From NCBI RefSeq assembly GCF_000092105.1, contig NC_014148.1, forward strand, positions 4,980,001 through 5,012,000: a stretch of 32,000 nucleotides of DNA, read 5' to 3'. The first letter of the stretch is position 1. The number at the start of each line of letters is the position of its first letter. The notes under the pieces are model-generated. The model was not told the DNA's origin, ran no database searches, and saw only the letters and a program-made list of their open reading frames with translations. Origin of the DNA: Planctopirus limnophila DSM 3776 (GTDB lineage: Bacteria > Planctomycetota > Planctomycetia > Planctomycetales > Planctomycetaceae). The translations under genes were made by a program, and so were the position numbers. This document shows, piece by piece, positions 18,789-26,931 of the stretch.

Positions 18789-19135
18789 GTTAGGTGATGT
18801 CCTGAATGATCAAGTTCACGATGCTTTTCGAGACACTGTTACAGCCGGTGCAGAACTCAGACCCGTGCGATGTGGGATGAGTGAAGGAGAAAAACTGCAG
18901 GCGCTGACTTTGGGAAACATAGGTCACGATTGCGGGGGGATGGTGCAGGGCAGGCTTACGGCCACGAAGTTTCTGCTGGATATGGCGGATTTGACGAAAG
19001 AAAGGGTTGGTCTGGCGGGAAAGCGAAATCGAATCTTGCTGATATGTGATGAGTCGTCAGTTGTTCTGGAGTTCCCGCGACGATCAAATGGATTCAAGCT
19101 GTTTATTTTTTGCCAATCGAAAGTTGAAATTGCTC

Positions 19136-20623
19136 ATGAACGTCAAAGCATCGTCTGCACCGGCTGCCAACTGGATGGGTCACTGGCTGATGGTCCCGAT
19201 CAGTGAAAACCCACTGCTCAATAGTCATCTGGAAGCGTTGGATCAGGAATCGGGCGGGCTGCTGACGAGATTGCGCGAAGCGGGTGATCTGCCCACCAAA
19301 GCTGGCAGTCTGCTGCATGTCAAAGGGGTCACGGGATTGGGAGCTTCCCGGTTGCTGCTGGTGGGTCTGGGTGCTCCTGAGGTTTTATCGACACAAAGTC
19401 TGGATCGTGCGCTGACCGCAGCGTTCCGCAGCCTGACCGACAAACCGAATCTCGATGTAGGTGTCGTGGTGCCACCTGCCGCCATTCTGGGAAGTAAGAC
19501 TCCCTTAGAGTTTGTTTCGGCAGCAGTGACGGCGGCGAATTTGGGTTCGGTGGGGCAGGATCTGTATCGAACAGAGCGTGCCCGTCATCCTCTCGCTGCG
19601 CTGCATGTCATTTCGAGTGAAAACATGGCCAGTGCGATTGAACGCGGAGCGATTCTGGGCGAAGCGATGAACCTGACTCGAGAGCTGGTCAATCGACCTG
19701 CTCAGGAAGTGAATCCGGTCACAGTGGCTGATCGATGCTCGGCCTTGGCCGTCGAGTATGGTCTGACGTGCGAAATTTTTGATGTGCCCCGGCTGGAAGC
19801 CGAACGCATGCATTCGATGCTGGCGGTGGCTAAAGGAAGTGCGGTTCCTGCACGGATGGTCAAACTCGATTATCGCGGTGCGAAAGAGAGTTCGAGCCAT
19901 GTGGCGCTGGTTGGTAAAGGTGTGACGTTTGATTCGGGTGGACTTTCGCTGAAACCGACGGACGGCATGCTGACGATGAAGTGCGATATGGCCGGTGCAG
20001 CGACTGTGCTGGGGGCGATTGTGGCCATTGCCCGACTCAAACTCCCTGTGAACGTGACGGCTTATCTGGGGCTGGTGGAAAACATGGTGAGCGGTACCAG
20101 CTACAAGCTGGGAGACATTCTGACGGCTCGCAATGGAGTGACGATTGAGGTGCTGAACACCGATGCCGAAGGGCGGTTAGTGCTGGCGGATGTTCTGTGC
20201 TATGCCGTCGATCAGGGGGCCGAAAAGATTGTCGATCTGGCGACACTCACCGGGGCCTGTGTGGTGGCTTTGGGTGAGGAAGTGGCTGGGGTGTTCAGCA
20301 ATCATGACGAATGGAGCGGGCAGGTCATCAGTGCGGCGAAAACTGTGGGCGAAGACATGTGGCCTCTGCCGACCTGGGATCTGTATGACGATCTGATTAA
20401 GGGGGATGTGGGCGATATCAAGAATACGGGTGGTCGCTGGGGTGGAGCGATTACTGCTGCCAAGTTTCTGCAGCGGTTTGTGGGAGGGAAGCCCTGGGTG
20501 CACCTGGATATTGCAGGGCCGGCCTTTCAGTCGAGTGCGAAAGCGTGGCGCGAGGCGGGTGCGACAGGTTATGGTGTTAGAACTCTTGTTCAGTTGGCTG
20601 AATCCAGTGTGATTGATCTATAG
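19136..20623 (+). CDS. pepA: Leucyl aminopeptidase, M17 family
   Basis: M17 motifs present are VGKGVTFDSGG, MKCDMAGAA, the signature VLNTDAEGRLVLAD and DIAG. I chose the ATG at 19136 (MNVKASS...). The 30-codon upstream extension in the track has no homology-like character. Confidence 0.92.
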   Translation: MNVKASSAPAANWMGHWLMVPISENPLLNSHLEALDQESGGLLTRLREAGDLPTKAGSLLHVKGVTGLGASRLLLVGLGAPEVLSTQSLDRALTAAFRSLTDKPNLDVGVVVPPAAILGSKTPLEFVSAAVTAANLGSVGQDLYRTERARHPLAALHVISSENMASAIERGAILGEAMNLTRELVNRPAQEVNPVTVADRCSALAVEYGLTCEIFDVPRLEAERMHSMLAVAKGSAVPARMVKLDYRGAKESSSHVALVGKGVTFDSGGLSLKPTDGMLTMKCDMAGAATVLGAIVAIARLKLPVNVTAYLGLVENMVSGTSYKLGDILTARNGVTIEVLNTDAEGRLVLADVLCYAVDQGAEKIVDLATLTGACVVALGEEVAGVFSNHDEWSGQVISAAKTVGEDMWPLPTWDLYDDLIKGDVGDIKNTGGRWGGAITAAKFLQRFVGGKPWVHLDIAGPAFQSSAKAWREAGATGYGVRTLVQLAESSVIDL

Positions 20624-20741
20624 GCAGATTTATTAGGTGTGACAATTTTTTAATGTTTGCGAAGTTTTCGTCTCACGGGTGCTTCTTTTGAGGTAGGAAT
20701 TAAGTGGTGTGAACCACATTCCTGCCCAAGAGGTGCCTGAA

Positions 20742-21221
20742 ATGGATCGTCGGCGAGAAACAGAACGGCGTGCCCGATATCGAACTGCAAATTGTGGTTC
20801 GCTATTGTCCGCAGGGCGGCGATTGGGTGATCGTCGACGATCATTAAGAAAACGGATTTATGCCGCTTTGCGGATTTTGAAGTTAAGTGGTGCTGTGCCT
20901 GGGCCTGTTCCCGGCAAGATTGTCGATTGCTCGCATGAAGGCGTGCGGCTGGAACTTCCATTTATGGATGAGCAGCTTCCGGTGCGAGTGAGCGAACAAC
21001 TGCTGATCGAACTGCGCGATGAAGACCTTCCGCCTGTGAGTGTGTTTGTCGAAGTGATCTGGGTGCAACCTCTGGGTGGAAAACTTCTGGCGGGCTGCCA
21101 GTTTCAATCGGCACTGGTGCTCAAGCAACTGGCCGTGCTGCAGCGACTTTGCGAACAGAAGCCTCCGTCGCAAGTCAGCAGAATTCACGGTCTGGCAGAG
21201 TTGTTCCACCATAGTGTCTAG
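20742..21221 (+). CDS. Stand-alone PilZ-domain protein (putative c-di-GMP receptor)
   Basis: An RxxxR-type arginine stretch (DRRRSLRKR) is followed about 25 residues later by DCSHEG (D/NxSxxG) and a beta-rich segment (VRLELPF...VFVEVIWVQPLGGKLLAGCQF). The track start at 20709 is GTG, and the first ATG is at 20742. Confidence 0.7.
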   Translation: MDRRRETERRARYRTANCGSLLSAGRRLGDRRRSLRKRIYAALRILKLSGAVPGPVPGKIVDCSHEGVRLELPFMDEQLPVRVSEQLLIELRDEDLPPVSVFVEVIWVQPLGGKLLAGCQFQSALVLKQLAVLQRLCEQKPPSQVSRIHGLAELFHHSV

Positions 21222-21330
21222 TTGCCGAGTCCGACTGGTCTGGTGTCTCCCACGAAGACGTGGGCGAGGGTTCCAGAGGTGGCTTTGAACTGATTGTCTC
21301 TCAGGGAATAACATCGCTGTGTTGGTGGCG

Positions 21331-21374
21331 AAAACATGCTTGCTCAGAGCCGCAAGCATGGCACACAGAGCGCT
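21331..21374. repeat. REP-like hairpin repeat, copy A
   Basis: The sequence aaaacatgcttgcTcagagcCgcaagcatggcacacagagcgct differs from copy C at 2 of 44 positions. Its 9-bp arms are catgcttgc (21335-21343) and gcaagcatg (21352-21360). A GT-rich tract (gtgttggtggcg) precedes it. Confidence 0.8.
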
Positions 21375-21816
21375 TCTATGTTTACAAAATGCATATTTGT
21401 TGGGCATGTCCGCGCAACAGAGCGGGATTGGGTAGAGAGGCTTCATCAGGGTGCACCTTGCCGGTGGGATCTTCCCGCTTGTGATTCCGGACCGAAGTTT
21501 CTCCCGTGGCTCGATCAGAGCCCATCCTGTGCCAGTGACACTTTTGGTGTCAGTGGTGGGAGTGCCGCTTGTGGGTGCTTCCCCTCGAATTCGAGTGCAA
21601 CGGTCAGTGGGAAATGGAGTCAGTGATGAACTGACTCTGTATGGAACTGAACGGTAACTGGTCATGAGCTTCATGCGAACAAAAATCGACAGCGAATGAA
21701 GCTTCAATACAAGACGATTGAGAAATCGGGCTAGCTGGCAGTCATGACGGGCGAAGGTGACTTCGTTGGTCGTGGCTGTCCAGGATGGGCTGTGATTGAG
21801 GCTGGAATACGGATGA

Positions 21817-21856
21817 CCCCTGACGACTTGTGAGAGTCGTTGGGGGTTGTTTTTTT
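21817..21856 (+). terminator. Rho-independent terminator, plus strand
   Basis: A 12-bp stem cccctgacgact / agtcgttggggg (two G-U pairs) closes the loop tgtgag. It is followed by ttgTTTTTTT, with a T7 run at 21850-21856. No annotated plus-strand CDS ends within 590 nt upstream. Confidence 0.65.
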
Positions 21857-21863
21857 GGTGGTT

Positions 21864-21900
21864 GGGAGTTGGTGTTTGGGGGTTGGGGGTTGGGGGTTGG
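21864..21900 (+). repeat. G-tract / (GGGGGTT)3 telomere-like microsatellite with G-quadruplex potential
   Basis: The sequence is GGGagttggtgtttGGGGGttGGGGGttGGGGGttGG. Four G runs of at least 3 occur within 33 nt, immediately 5' of repeat copy B. Confidence 0.7.
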
Positions 21901-21976
21901 AAGAGCATGCTTGCCCAGAGCTGCAAGCATGGCACGAAATGCGGGTTCACCACGAAGGTCGCGAAGGGCACGAAGG
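21901..21976. repeat. REP-like hairpin repeat, copy B, fused to a CGAAGG module
   Basis: The core catgcttgcccagagctgcaagcatggcac (21906-21935) is identical to copy C. Thirteen nt later comes accacgaaggtcgcgaagggcacgaagg (21949-21976). That module recurs at 23119-23146 with 1 mismatch. Confidence 0.8.
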
Positions 21977-22315
21977 TCGGGGAAGAGAATCAGGGAGGAG
22001 GTTTTTGTGGGGTGGGGAGAGCGATGAGGTTTGATGCGGAGGGAATGATGGGAGGAGCACTGCTGGCGAGCCAGCAGTGGCACACGGGGGAGGCAATTCG
22101 TCTTGAGTCTATTGATGTTTTCGCCTACACCTGCCGTCGCTGAATTGAGTTGATTCATTCACTTCTGCTTCAGTTTCTGCCGACAGATCATCTTTTTCTC
22201 TGCAGATTTTCTCTTCCCGTATTGTGCTCCTCTCAACAATCACCACTTATCGAAATGCCTTTCATTGCCTGGGGCTGGGCTTGTCCTCGTGTGATGAGAT
22301 CTCTGGAAGACCGTC

Positions 22316-22777
22316 ATGCCCTCTGTGACTCGCCGTGAATGGTTGTTTGTGGGTTTTGTCGCTGTGATATCACCTTCAGCCACTGGTTGCGGGACGATCC
22401 TTTATCCTGAACGCCGGGGGCAGAGGAGTGGCCGGTTTGACTGGGGTGTGGTGGCGCTCAATGCGGTGGGGCTGCTGTTCTTTTTCATACCGGGGGTGAT
22501 TGCGTTTGCAGTCGACTTCAGCACAGGGGCGATCTATCTGCCAGAGGCGGCGAGTGTCCCTGCGCAGTCCTCGCGGAAACGGCACTTACCAGCCCGTCGT
22601 CTGCTGAGCAAACTGTTCCCTAAGAAGGAGATCTCGCGGGCCGATATCGAGGAGTTTCTGGCTGAGCAGACCGGGCGCGAGATTCCGCTGATTCCCGGCC
22701 AGTACGAAGCTGAGCCGCTCGAATCGATCGACGATTTCTGGACACTCCACGACCTGAAGCAACCTGCCGGCGTGTGA
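22316..22777 (+). CDS. Small lipoprotein with one internal TM segment (function unknown)
   Basis: 153 aa with an ATG at 22316. It has a signal peptide plus lipobox (FVGFVAVISPSATG-C, Cys25), a hydrophobic segment VVALNAVGLLFFFIPGVIAFAV, and a charged C-terminal tail. Confidence 0.65.
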   Translation: MPSVTRREWLFVGFVAVISPSATGCGTILYPERRGQRSGRFDWGVVALNAVGLLFFFIPGVIAFAVDFSTGAIYLPEAASVPAQSSRKRHLPARRLLSKLFPKKEISRADIEEFLAEQTGREIPLIPGQYEAEPLESIDDFWTLHDLKQPAGV

Positions 22778-22941
22778 AACGAACGCGGGTGAACATTCGA
22801 CTGTGGAACGGGCCTTCGGCCCTTCGATTGCGTGCGCGCACCTCTTGGCGTGTTGCCCAAGGCTGTCGTCGAACCGTAACTTAGGGGCTTAACATCGGGC
22901 TGATACGTTTCCCAGAAAATAACAGTGAGTTGTTGGTTGTG

Positions 22942-22985
22942 AAAACATGCTTGCCCAGAGCTGCAAGCATGGCACACAGAGCGCT
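22942..22985. repeat. REP-like hairpin repeat, copy C
   Basis: The sequence is aaaacatgcttgcccagagctgcaagcatggcacacagagcgct. A GT-rich tract (gttgttggttgtg) precedes it. It has the same orientation as copies A and B. Confidence 0.8.
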
Positions 22986-23118
22986 CCGATTTCATGGAAA
23001 GCGTATGAGTCACCGCCTGATGTGAATCGTGAACGGTGGTGTATTCAGCTCTGGGGGCGAAGGCTGGTGCATTCCGTCGGGACTTCATGGCACCCTACCA
23101 AAGAAGAGACGGAAGTTG

Positions 23119-23146
23119 ACCACGAAGGTCGCGAAGAGCACGAAGG
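23119..23146. repeat. CGAAGG module, second copy
   Basis: The sequence accacgaaggtcgcgaagAgcacgaagg has 1 mismatch to 21949-21976. It is internally three NCGAAGG units. A catggcac 8-mer lies at 23086-23093, the same 8-mer that ends the hairpin core. Confidence 0.7.
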
Positions 23147-23246
23147 GGTCAGAGAAAGCCATGCTGGCTTAGCGCTATTTGCCTGGCGAGAAACAGTTGA
23201 AGATGGTGCAATCCGTAAGAACTTCTTGCACCCTACAGGATCGGCG

Positions 23247-25580
23247 CTACGGCGTACCGCTCTTGGCTGGGGCATGTGGCCAGTCGGGGAGCTTGCGGAT
23301 GAGTGGCGGCTTGGTGACCGTCTGAGAGACCGGTTGCGATTGCGAGACAGCTTGTGATTGTCCGACAGCCTGTGACTGAGAGACAGGCTGCGAGCCAATG
23401 CGCTGACTCGAAGAGGCCACGCTGGCGGCATCGTCCGCTACTGCTGGTGCGGGGTCATCTTCGAAGGGATTGATGGGCCCGCGCGAGCGATCCTCGATGA
23501 TATCCACGATCTCAATCGCCGGCTGAGAGCTGGCAATCGATTCTTCTCCGGCTGGGGTACCCAGTTGCACGGGATTGCCTCGTCGCTTAGCGAGCATCGA
23601 TTCGGTGCGAGGTGCAAACTTCGTTACGAGGGAGTCATCGGCCCCGATATGAGCCAACTGCCAGCGCGGGCCGCGCTGTGCGACAATCGCATTGTCAGCC
23701 GCCGGTTGAGGATCGAGAGCCAGACGAATGGGTGGCAACTGCGGATATTCGAGTACAATCGTCGCTCGGTTCAAACGTTCGGTTGTCCCGGAAAGGGGAT
23801 GTCCCCATTCGGCTACTCCACCAAAGCTGGCTGTTACGTACCCCTGTTGCATGGCGACCTGCGGCTTACCGTAACGGTGGCCATTCACTTCGAGGGAAAT
23901 CTTTGCACCTTCGAGATTCCAGTTGGGTTGAGCAGCGATCACGTAATCGTCTGCTCCAAAGTTGAGCTTGGGCATGCCTTGAATCGACGCCATGAGTTGC
24001 CGCCGCAATCCGGGGGGTGTCTGATCGGCGAGCACTGAACTGCACGCGACAAGCACCGGGACAGGAACCTGCTTGAGGAGCGTGGCATCTGCTAATCTGG
24101 CCTGCAGCTTTTCCGTCGCTCCACTTGAGCAGTAGAGTGATAGCAAAGCGACCTGACTGGGCAATACGAAGGCTTTGCTGTCGAGATTTCTGAGAATCGC
24201 TTCTTCGGCGACGTCGAACTCACCGGCTCGCTGCAGGACGGCTGCTGCAAGAAGATGAGACTCCCATGATTCATTCGAAGCGGCCAGTGCTTTCCGCGCG
24301 GTGGCGGGAGCTTCGGGCAGGCCCAGCACGGTTTGTATGGCCGACTGATTGGCCAATGATGCAGCCAGCATTTCGTCTTTGCGGAAATGTCCCTGTTGCA
24401 GCTTGGCGAGCTTTTCGTAGGTTTCATTGGCCTCGGCGAGGCGGCCCAACCCCTGCTCTGTTCGCGCCACGTAGTAATGGTAAGGTGGCCAGGCTTCCAT
24501 GAAGGGCTCGGTGCGCTTAAGACGCCGCAATCTGGTTTCCAGATCAGGTTCAGCCCATGCGAGTTCGAGTTGATCGAGATCGTCGCTGCGAACGAGCCAG
24601 GTATCGGGAATCTGCCGGGTGCGAGCAAGGCGCCAACTGGTTTCGAGAAACTGAATCGACTTCTGATTGATGGCCTGCAGCCGGGCTTTTTCGACGCGCC
24701 ACAAATCGAGATCACGATTGAGTGTCGTCGTGCGGTAATCCCACCAACTGGCTGCTCCCGTGCGAATCGCTTCGGGATAGCTGGCAGTGGCTAATTGGGC
24801 GGCCACAGTGAACGCACTGAGAGTCACACTTTGAGCAATCGCCCCCTGATATTTATCTGTCAGTACAGTTCGTTCCTGATCGGCCAGACGCTGCTGACCC
24901 ACTTCATCGAGAATCGACGAATACAGCTTGACCACCTCTTCGTCGGCCACGCCGTTGAAGTCGAGATGGTTGAGAATTTTCGTCTGCTCTTCGTGTGTCA
25001 CCCGCACGGAAGGATTCTTGCGGATGCGATGCAGCGAGGCTCTGCTGTAGTTGAGCGCGACGGCGGTTGAACGGGCCTTCACGGGATCGAATGGCTGGAT
25101 GGCCTGCGGTGGATTCACAAACACCCCTGCTGCAGGAGCTGGCTGAGCAGGAACTGGTGTAACCTGACCTGGCGGCAATTGAGCAAACTGTGTCCCGGCT
25201 CTGGGCTGGGCCGGGTCATTCAGTGGCCCGAAAGATGTCGACACAGGGCTTTGAGCTGTCCCCTCGCCAGTGAATAGCCCGAGCAGTGAGTTCTGGGCCA
25301 ATCCGGGGACGATCATGACACCCAGCCAGATCACTAAAGGGAGTGCGACACGATTTGCTACGGCAGCGTTAATTGCCAACACCTGACAATTCTCGACAGG
25401 CCAGCCGGGCTTTGAAGCGAGCTTTCGCCACCAGTCAGCGGGCCGGTGTTTGCAAAATCTCTGACAAAACACGGGTGTCCTCACATCAACCAGATTCAAT
25501 CGATGCCGTGGTTTTGGCAGTGGTTTGGTACTGCACGCTTTGATACTGCACAGGCACCCACACACCGTGCCGCAAGGCAT
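23247..25580 (-). CDS. Large secreted or envelope protein with a TPR-like helical region and an SQ-rich C-terminal repeat (function unknown)
   Basis: The ORF is 777 aa. A Sec-type signal (ANRVALPLVIWLGVMIVPGLA-QN) lies about 66 codons inside it. The true start may therefore be the GTG at 25382 or TTG at 25379 rather than the ATG at 25580, whose extension is Cys-rich (MPCGTVCGCLCSIKAC). The helical, TPR-like middle includes YYVARTEQGLGRLAEANETYEKLAKL. Confidence 0.7.
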   Translation of the reverse strand: MPCGTVCGCLCSIKACSTKPLPKPRHRLNLVDVRTPVFCQRFCKHRPADWWRKLASKPGWPVENCQVLAINAAVANRVALPLVIWLGVMIVPGLAQNSLLGLFTGEGTAQSPVSTSFGPLNDPAQPRAGTQFAQLPPGQVTPVPAQPAPAAGVFVNPPQAIQPFDPVKARSTAVALNYSRASLHRIRKNPSVRVTHEEQTKILNHLDFNGVADEEVVKLYSSILDEVGQQRLADQERTVLTDKYQGAIAQSVTLSAFTVAAQLATASYPEAIRTGAASWWDYRTTTLNRDLDLWRVEKARLQAINQKSIQFLETSWRLARTRQIPDTWLVRSDDLDQLELAWAEPDLETRLRRLKRTEPFMEAWPPYHYYVARTEQGLGRLAEANETYEKLAKLQQGHFRKDEMLAASLANQSAIQTVLGLPEAPATARKALAASNESWESHLLAAAVLQRAGEFDVAEEAILRNLDSKAFVLPSQVALLSLYCSSGATEKLQARLADATLLKQVPVPVLVACSSVLADQTPPGLRRQLMASIQGMPKLNFGADDYVIAAQPNWNLEGAKISLEVNGHRYGKPQVAMQQGYVTASFGGVAEWGHPLSGTTERLNRATIVLEYPQLPPIRLALDPQPAADNAIVAQRGPRWQLAHIGADDSLVTKFAPRTESMLAKRRGNPVQLGTPAGEESIASSQPAIEIVDIIEDRSRGPINPFEDDPAPAVADDAASVASSSQRIGSQPVSQSQAVGQSQAVSQSQPVSQTVTKPPLIRKLPDWPHAPAKSGTP
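23322..23393 (-). repeat. In-frame imperfect 18-bp x4 tandem repeat (SQPVSQ/SQAVGQ/SQAVSQ/SQPVSQ)
   Basis: This is read directly from the C-terminal coding sequence of the 777-aa ORF. Confidence 0.8.
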
Positions 25581-25945
25581 GGCTCCATCCTGCTTGGTAA
25601 TTTACCCCAGTCCCGTTCACATGCTGGGAGAATGTCGTCCGGCGTGCGAACTTCCACCGAATCATCATCGGATCAGTGAAGCCTGGAAGACTTTGCGGGC
25701 GGATTTGATCGGCGGCCACCCAGTGAGTCGCCTCGCTTAACGTTAAACTTTGCCGGAGAAGTGGACTTTACCGAGCTGCGGTTCGCGAGAGATGAAATGG
25801 ACTGGTAGTTGCCCGATTTTCCGGCGGCCGATAAGGTAAGGAGTGAAAAGGTGACGGGCGATAGCGACTTAGCCTGCGAGGCGGATGGCTGTGGCCGCAA
25901 GATTCACGGAATGTCACTGTTTATATCTTCTGTCCAAAGGATGCG

Positions 25946-26770
25946 ATGATGGGTTTGCTCACGGGCAAAAAAGGGGTAATTCTCGGGCTGGTGAATGATT
26001 ATTCGATTGCCTGGGGGATCACTGAAAAGCTCCACGCTGAAGGTGCCGAACTGGCTTTCACCTTCCTGCCCGACAAAGATCCTGCCAATCCCAAAATGGA
26101 ACGCCGGGTTCGCAAACTGGTTGAGCCACTGGGTGCCAAGCACATCATTCCCTGTGACGTTCAAAAAGACGAAGACCTCGATAAAGCCTTTGCTGCCATT
26201 CATGAAGGGCTGGGCAATATCGATTTTGTCGTGCATTCGATTGCTTATGCCCCGATTGACGATCTCAAAGGCGATGTCCACGCGTGCAGCCGTGAAGGCT
26301 TCAAGGTGTCGATGGATATCAGCGTCTACAGCCTGCTGGCCGTTGTGCATCGCGCTCAGAAAATCATGAACGACGGGGGGAGTATCATCACTCTCACCTA
26401 CCTCGGTGGTGAAAAGGTAATCCCTGGCTACAACATCATGGGCCTGTGCAAGTCGGCTCTGGAATCGGCTGTGGAATATCTGGCAGCCGAACTGGGCCAG
26501 CGCAAGATCCGCGTGAATGCCATCAGTGCGGGGCCGATTCGCACATTGAGTTCATCAGCCGTCAAGGGGATCGACCTCATGCTGGCGATGTACGACACCA
26601 TGTCGCCCATGCGGCAGAACGTCACAGCTGAAGACGTGGGCAAATCGGCTGTCTACCTGCTCAGTGATCTCTCGACCGGTGTGACAGGCGAAACGCTGCA
26701 CGTTGATTCGGGCTATCATGTGATGGGTGCTCCACCTCTCGACGCCTTCCCTGCGAAATCATCCAGCTAG
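25946..26770 (+). CDS. fabI: Enoyl-[acyl-carrier-protein] reductase (NADH)
   Basis: [22 protein letters not shown] forms the N-terminal dinucleotide fold. The catalytic Y-x6-K is YNIMGLCK, and SAGPIRTL is also present. AAAGGA lies upstream of the tandem ATGs at 25946 and 25949. Confidence 0.93.
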   Translation: MMGLLTGKKGVILGLVNDYSIAWGITEKLHAEGAELAFTFLPDKDPANPKMERRVRKLVEPLGAKHIIPCDVQKDEDLDKAFAAIHEGLGNIDFVVHSIAYAPIDDLKGDVHACSREGFKVSMDISVYSLLAVVHRAQKIMNDGGSIITLTYLGGEKVIPGYNIMGLCKSALESAVEYLAAELGQRKIRVNAISAGPIRTLSSSAVKGIDLMLAMYDTMSPMRQNVTAEDVGKSAVYLLSDLSTGVTGETLHVDSGYHVMGAPPLDAFPAKSSS

Positions 26771-26799
26771 ACATTTTGTTGAGCCAGATTTTCAACATG

Positions 26800-26835
26800 G
26801 GGTGCCTGCTTTATTGATGGCGGGCACCCTTTGTT
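26800..26835 (+). terminator. Probable intrinsic terminator of fabI
   Basis: A 10-bp stem gggtgcctgc / gcgggcaccc (one G-U pair) closes the loop tttattgatg. TTTGTT follows. It lies 30 nt after the fabI stop. Confidence 0.5.
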
Positions 26836-26931
26836 CAATCTCCTCATGCTTGAGATGAGCGGGACAAAGAGAATCTGACCAACGGACTGACCACACTTTT
26901 TGTGGATTGACCAGCCCGGGATGAAACATTG

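Noticed and set aside
20883-21971. 362-aa minus-strand ORF, the longest ORF in the 21-22 kb zone
   Set aside because: It runs antisense through the well-supported PilZ gene and through the REP copies and the G-tract. Its composition is Arg/His/Cys/Thr/Pro-heavy and low-complexity (PTPNPQTPTPNHQ comes from the C-rich strand of the G-tract). No motif is recognisable. It is most likely a chance open frame.
22810-22823. gggcc-ttcg-gccc hairpin after the lipoprotein gene, and ggtgcaa/ttgcacc hairpin (23205-23232) after the 777-aa gene, as terminators
   Set aside because: The stems are short (4-7 bp) and the trailing T-tracts are poor. Both are plausible but not strong enough to list as features.
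21331-22985. Possible CRISPR array, since a palindromic repeat occurs three times
   Set aside because: Copies are about 570 and 1040 bp apart, not separated by regular 25-50 bp spacers. There are only three copies, their flanks are partly conserved, and no cas genes are present.
21847-23357. ORFs beginning or containing MLAQSCKHGT (21847-22143, 22947-23357, also 21336-21626) and the HEGREGHEG-type peptides
   Set aside because: The shared peptide is simply the translation of the palindromic repeat core and the CGAAGG module. The flanking residues are unrelated between copies. These are repeat artefacts, not a gene family.
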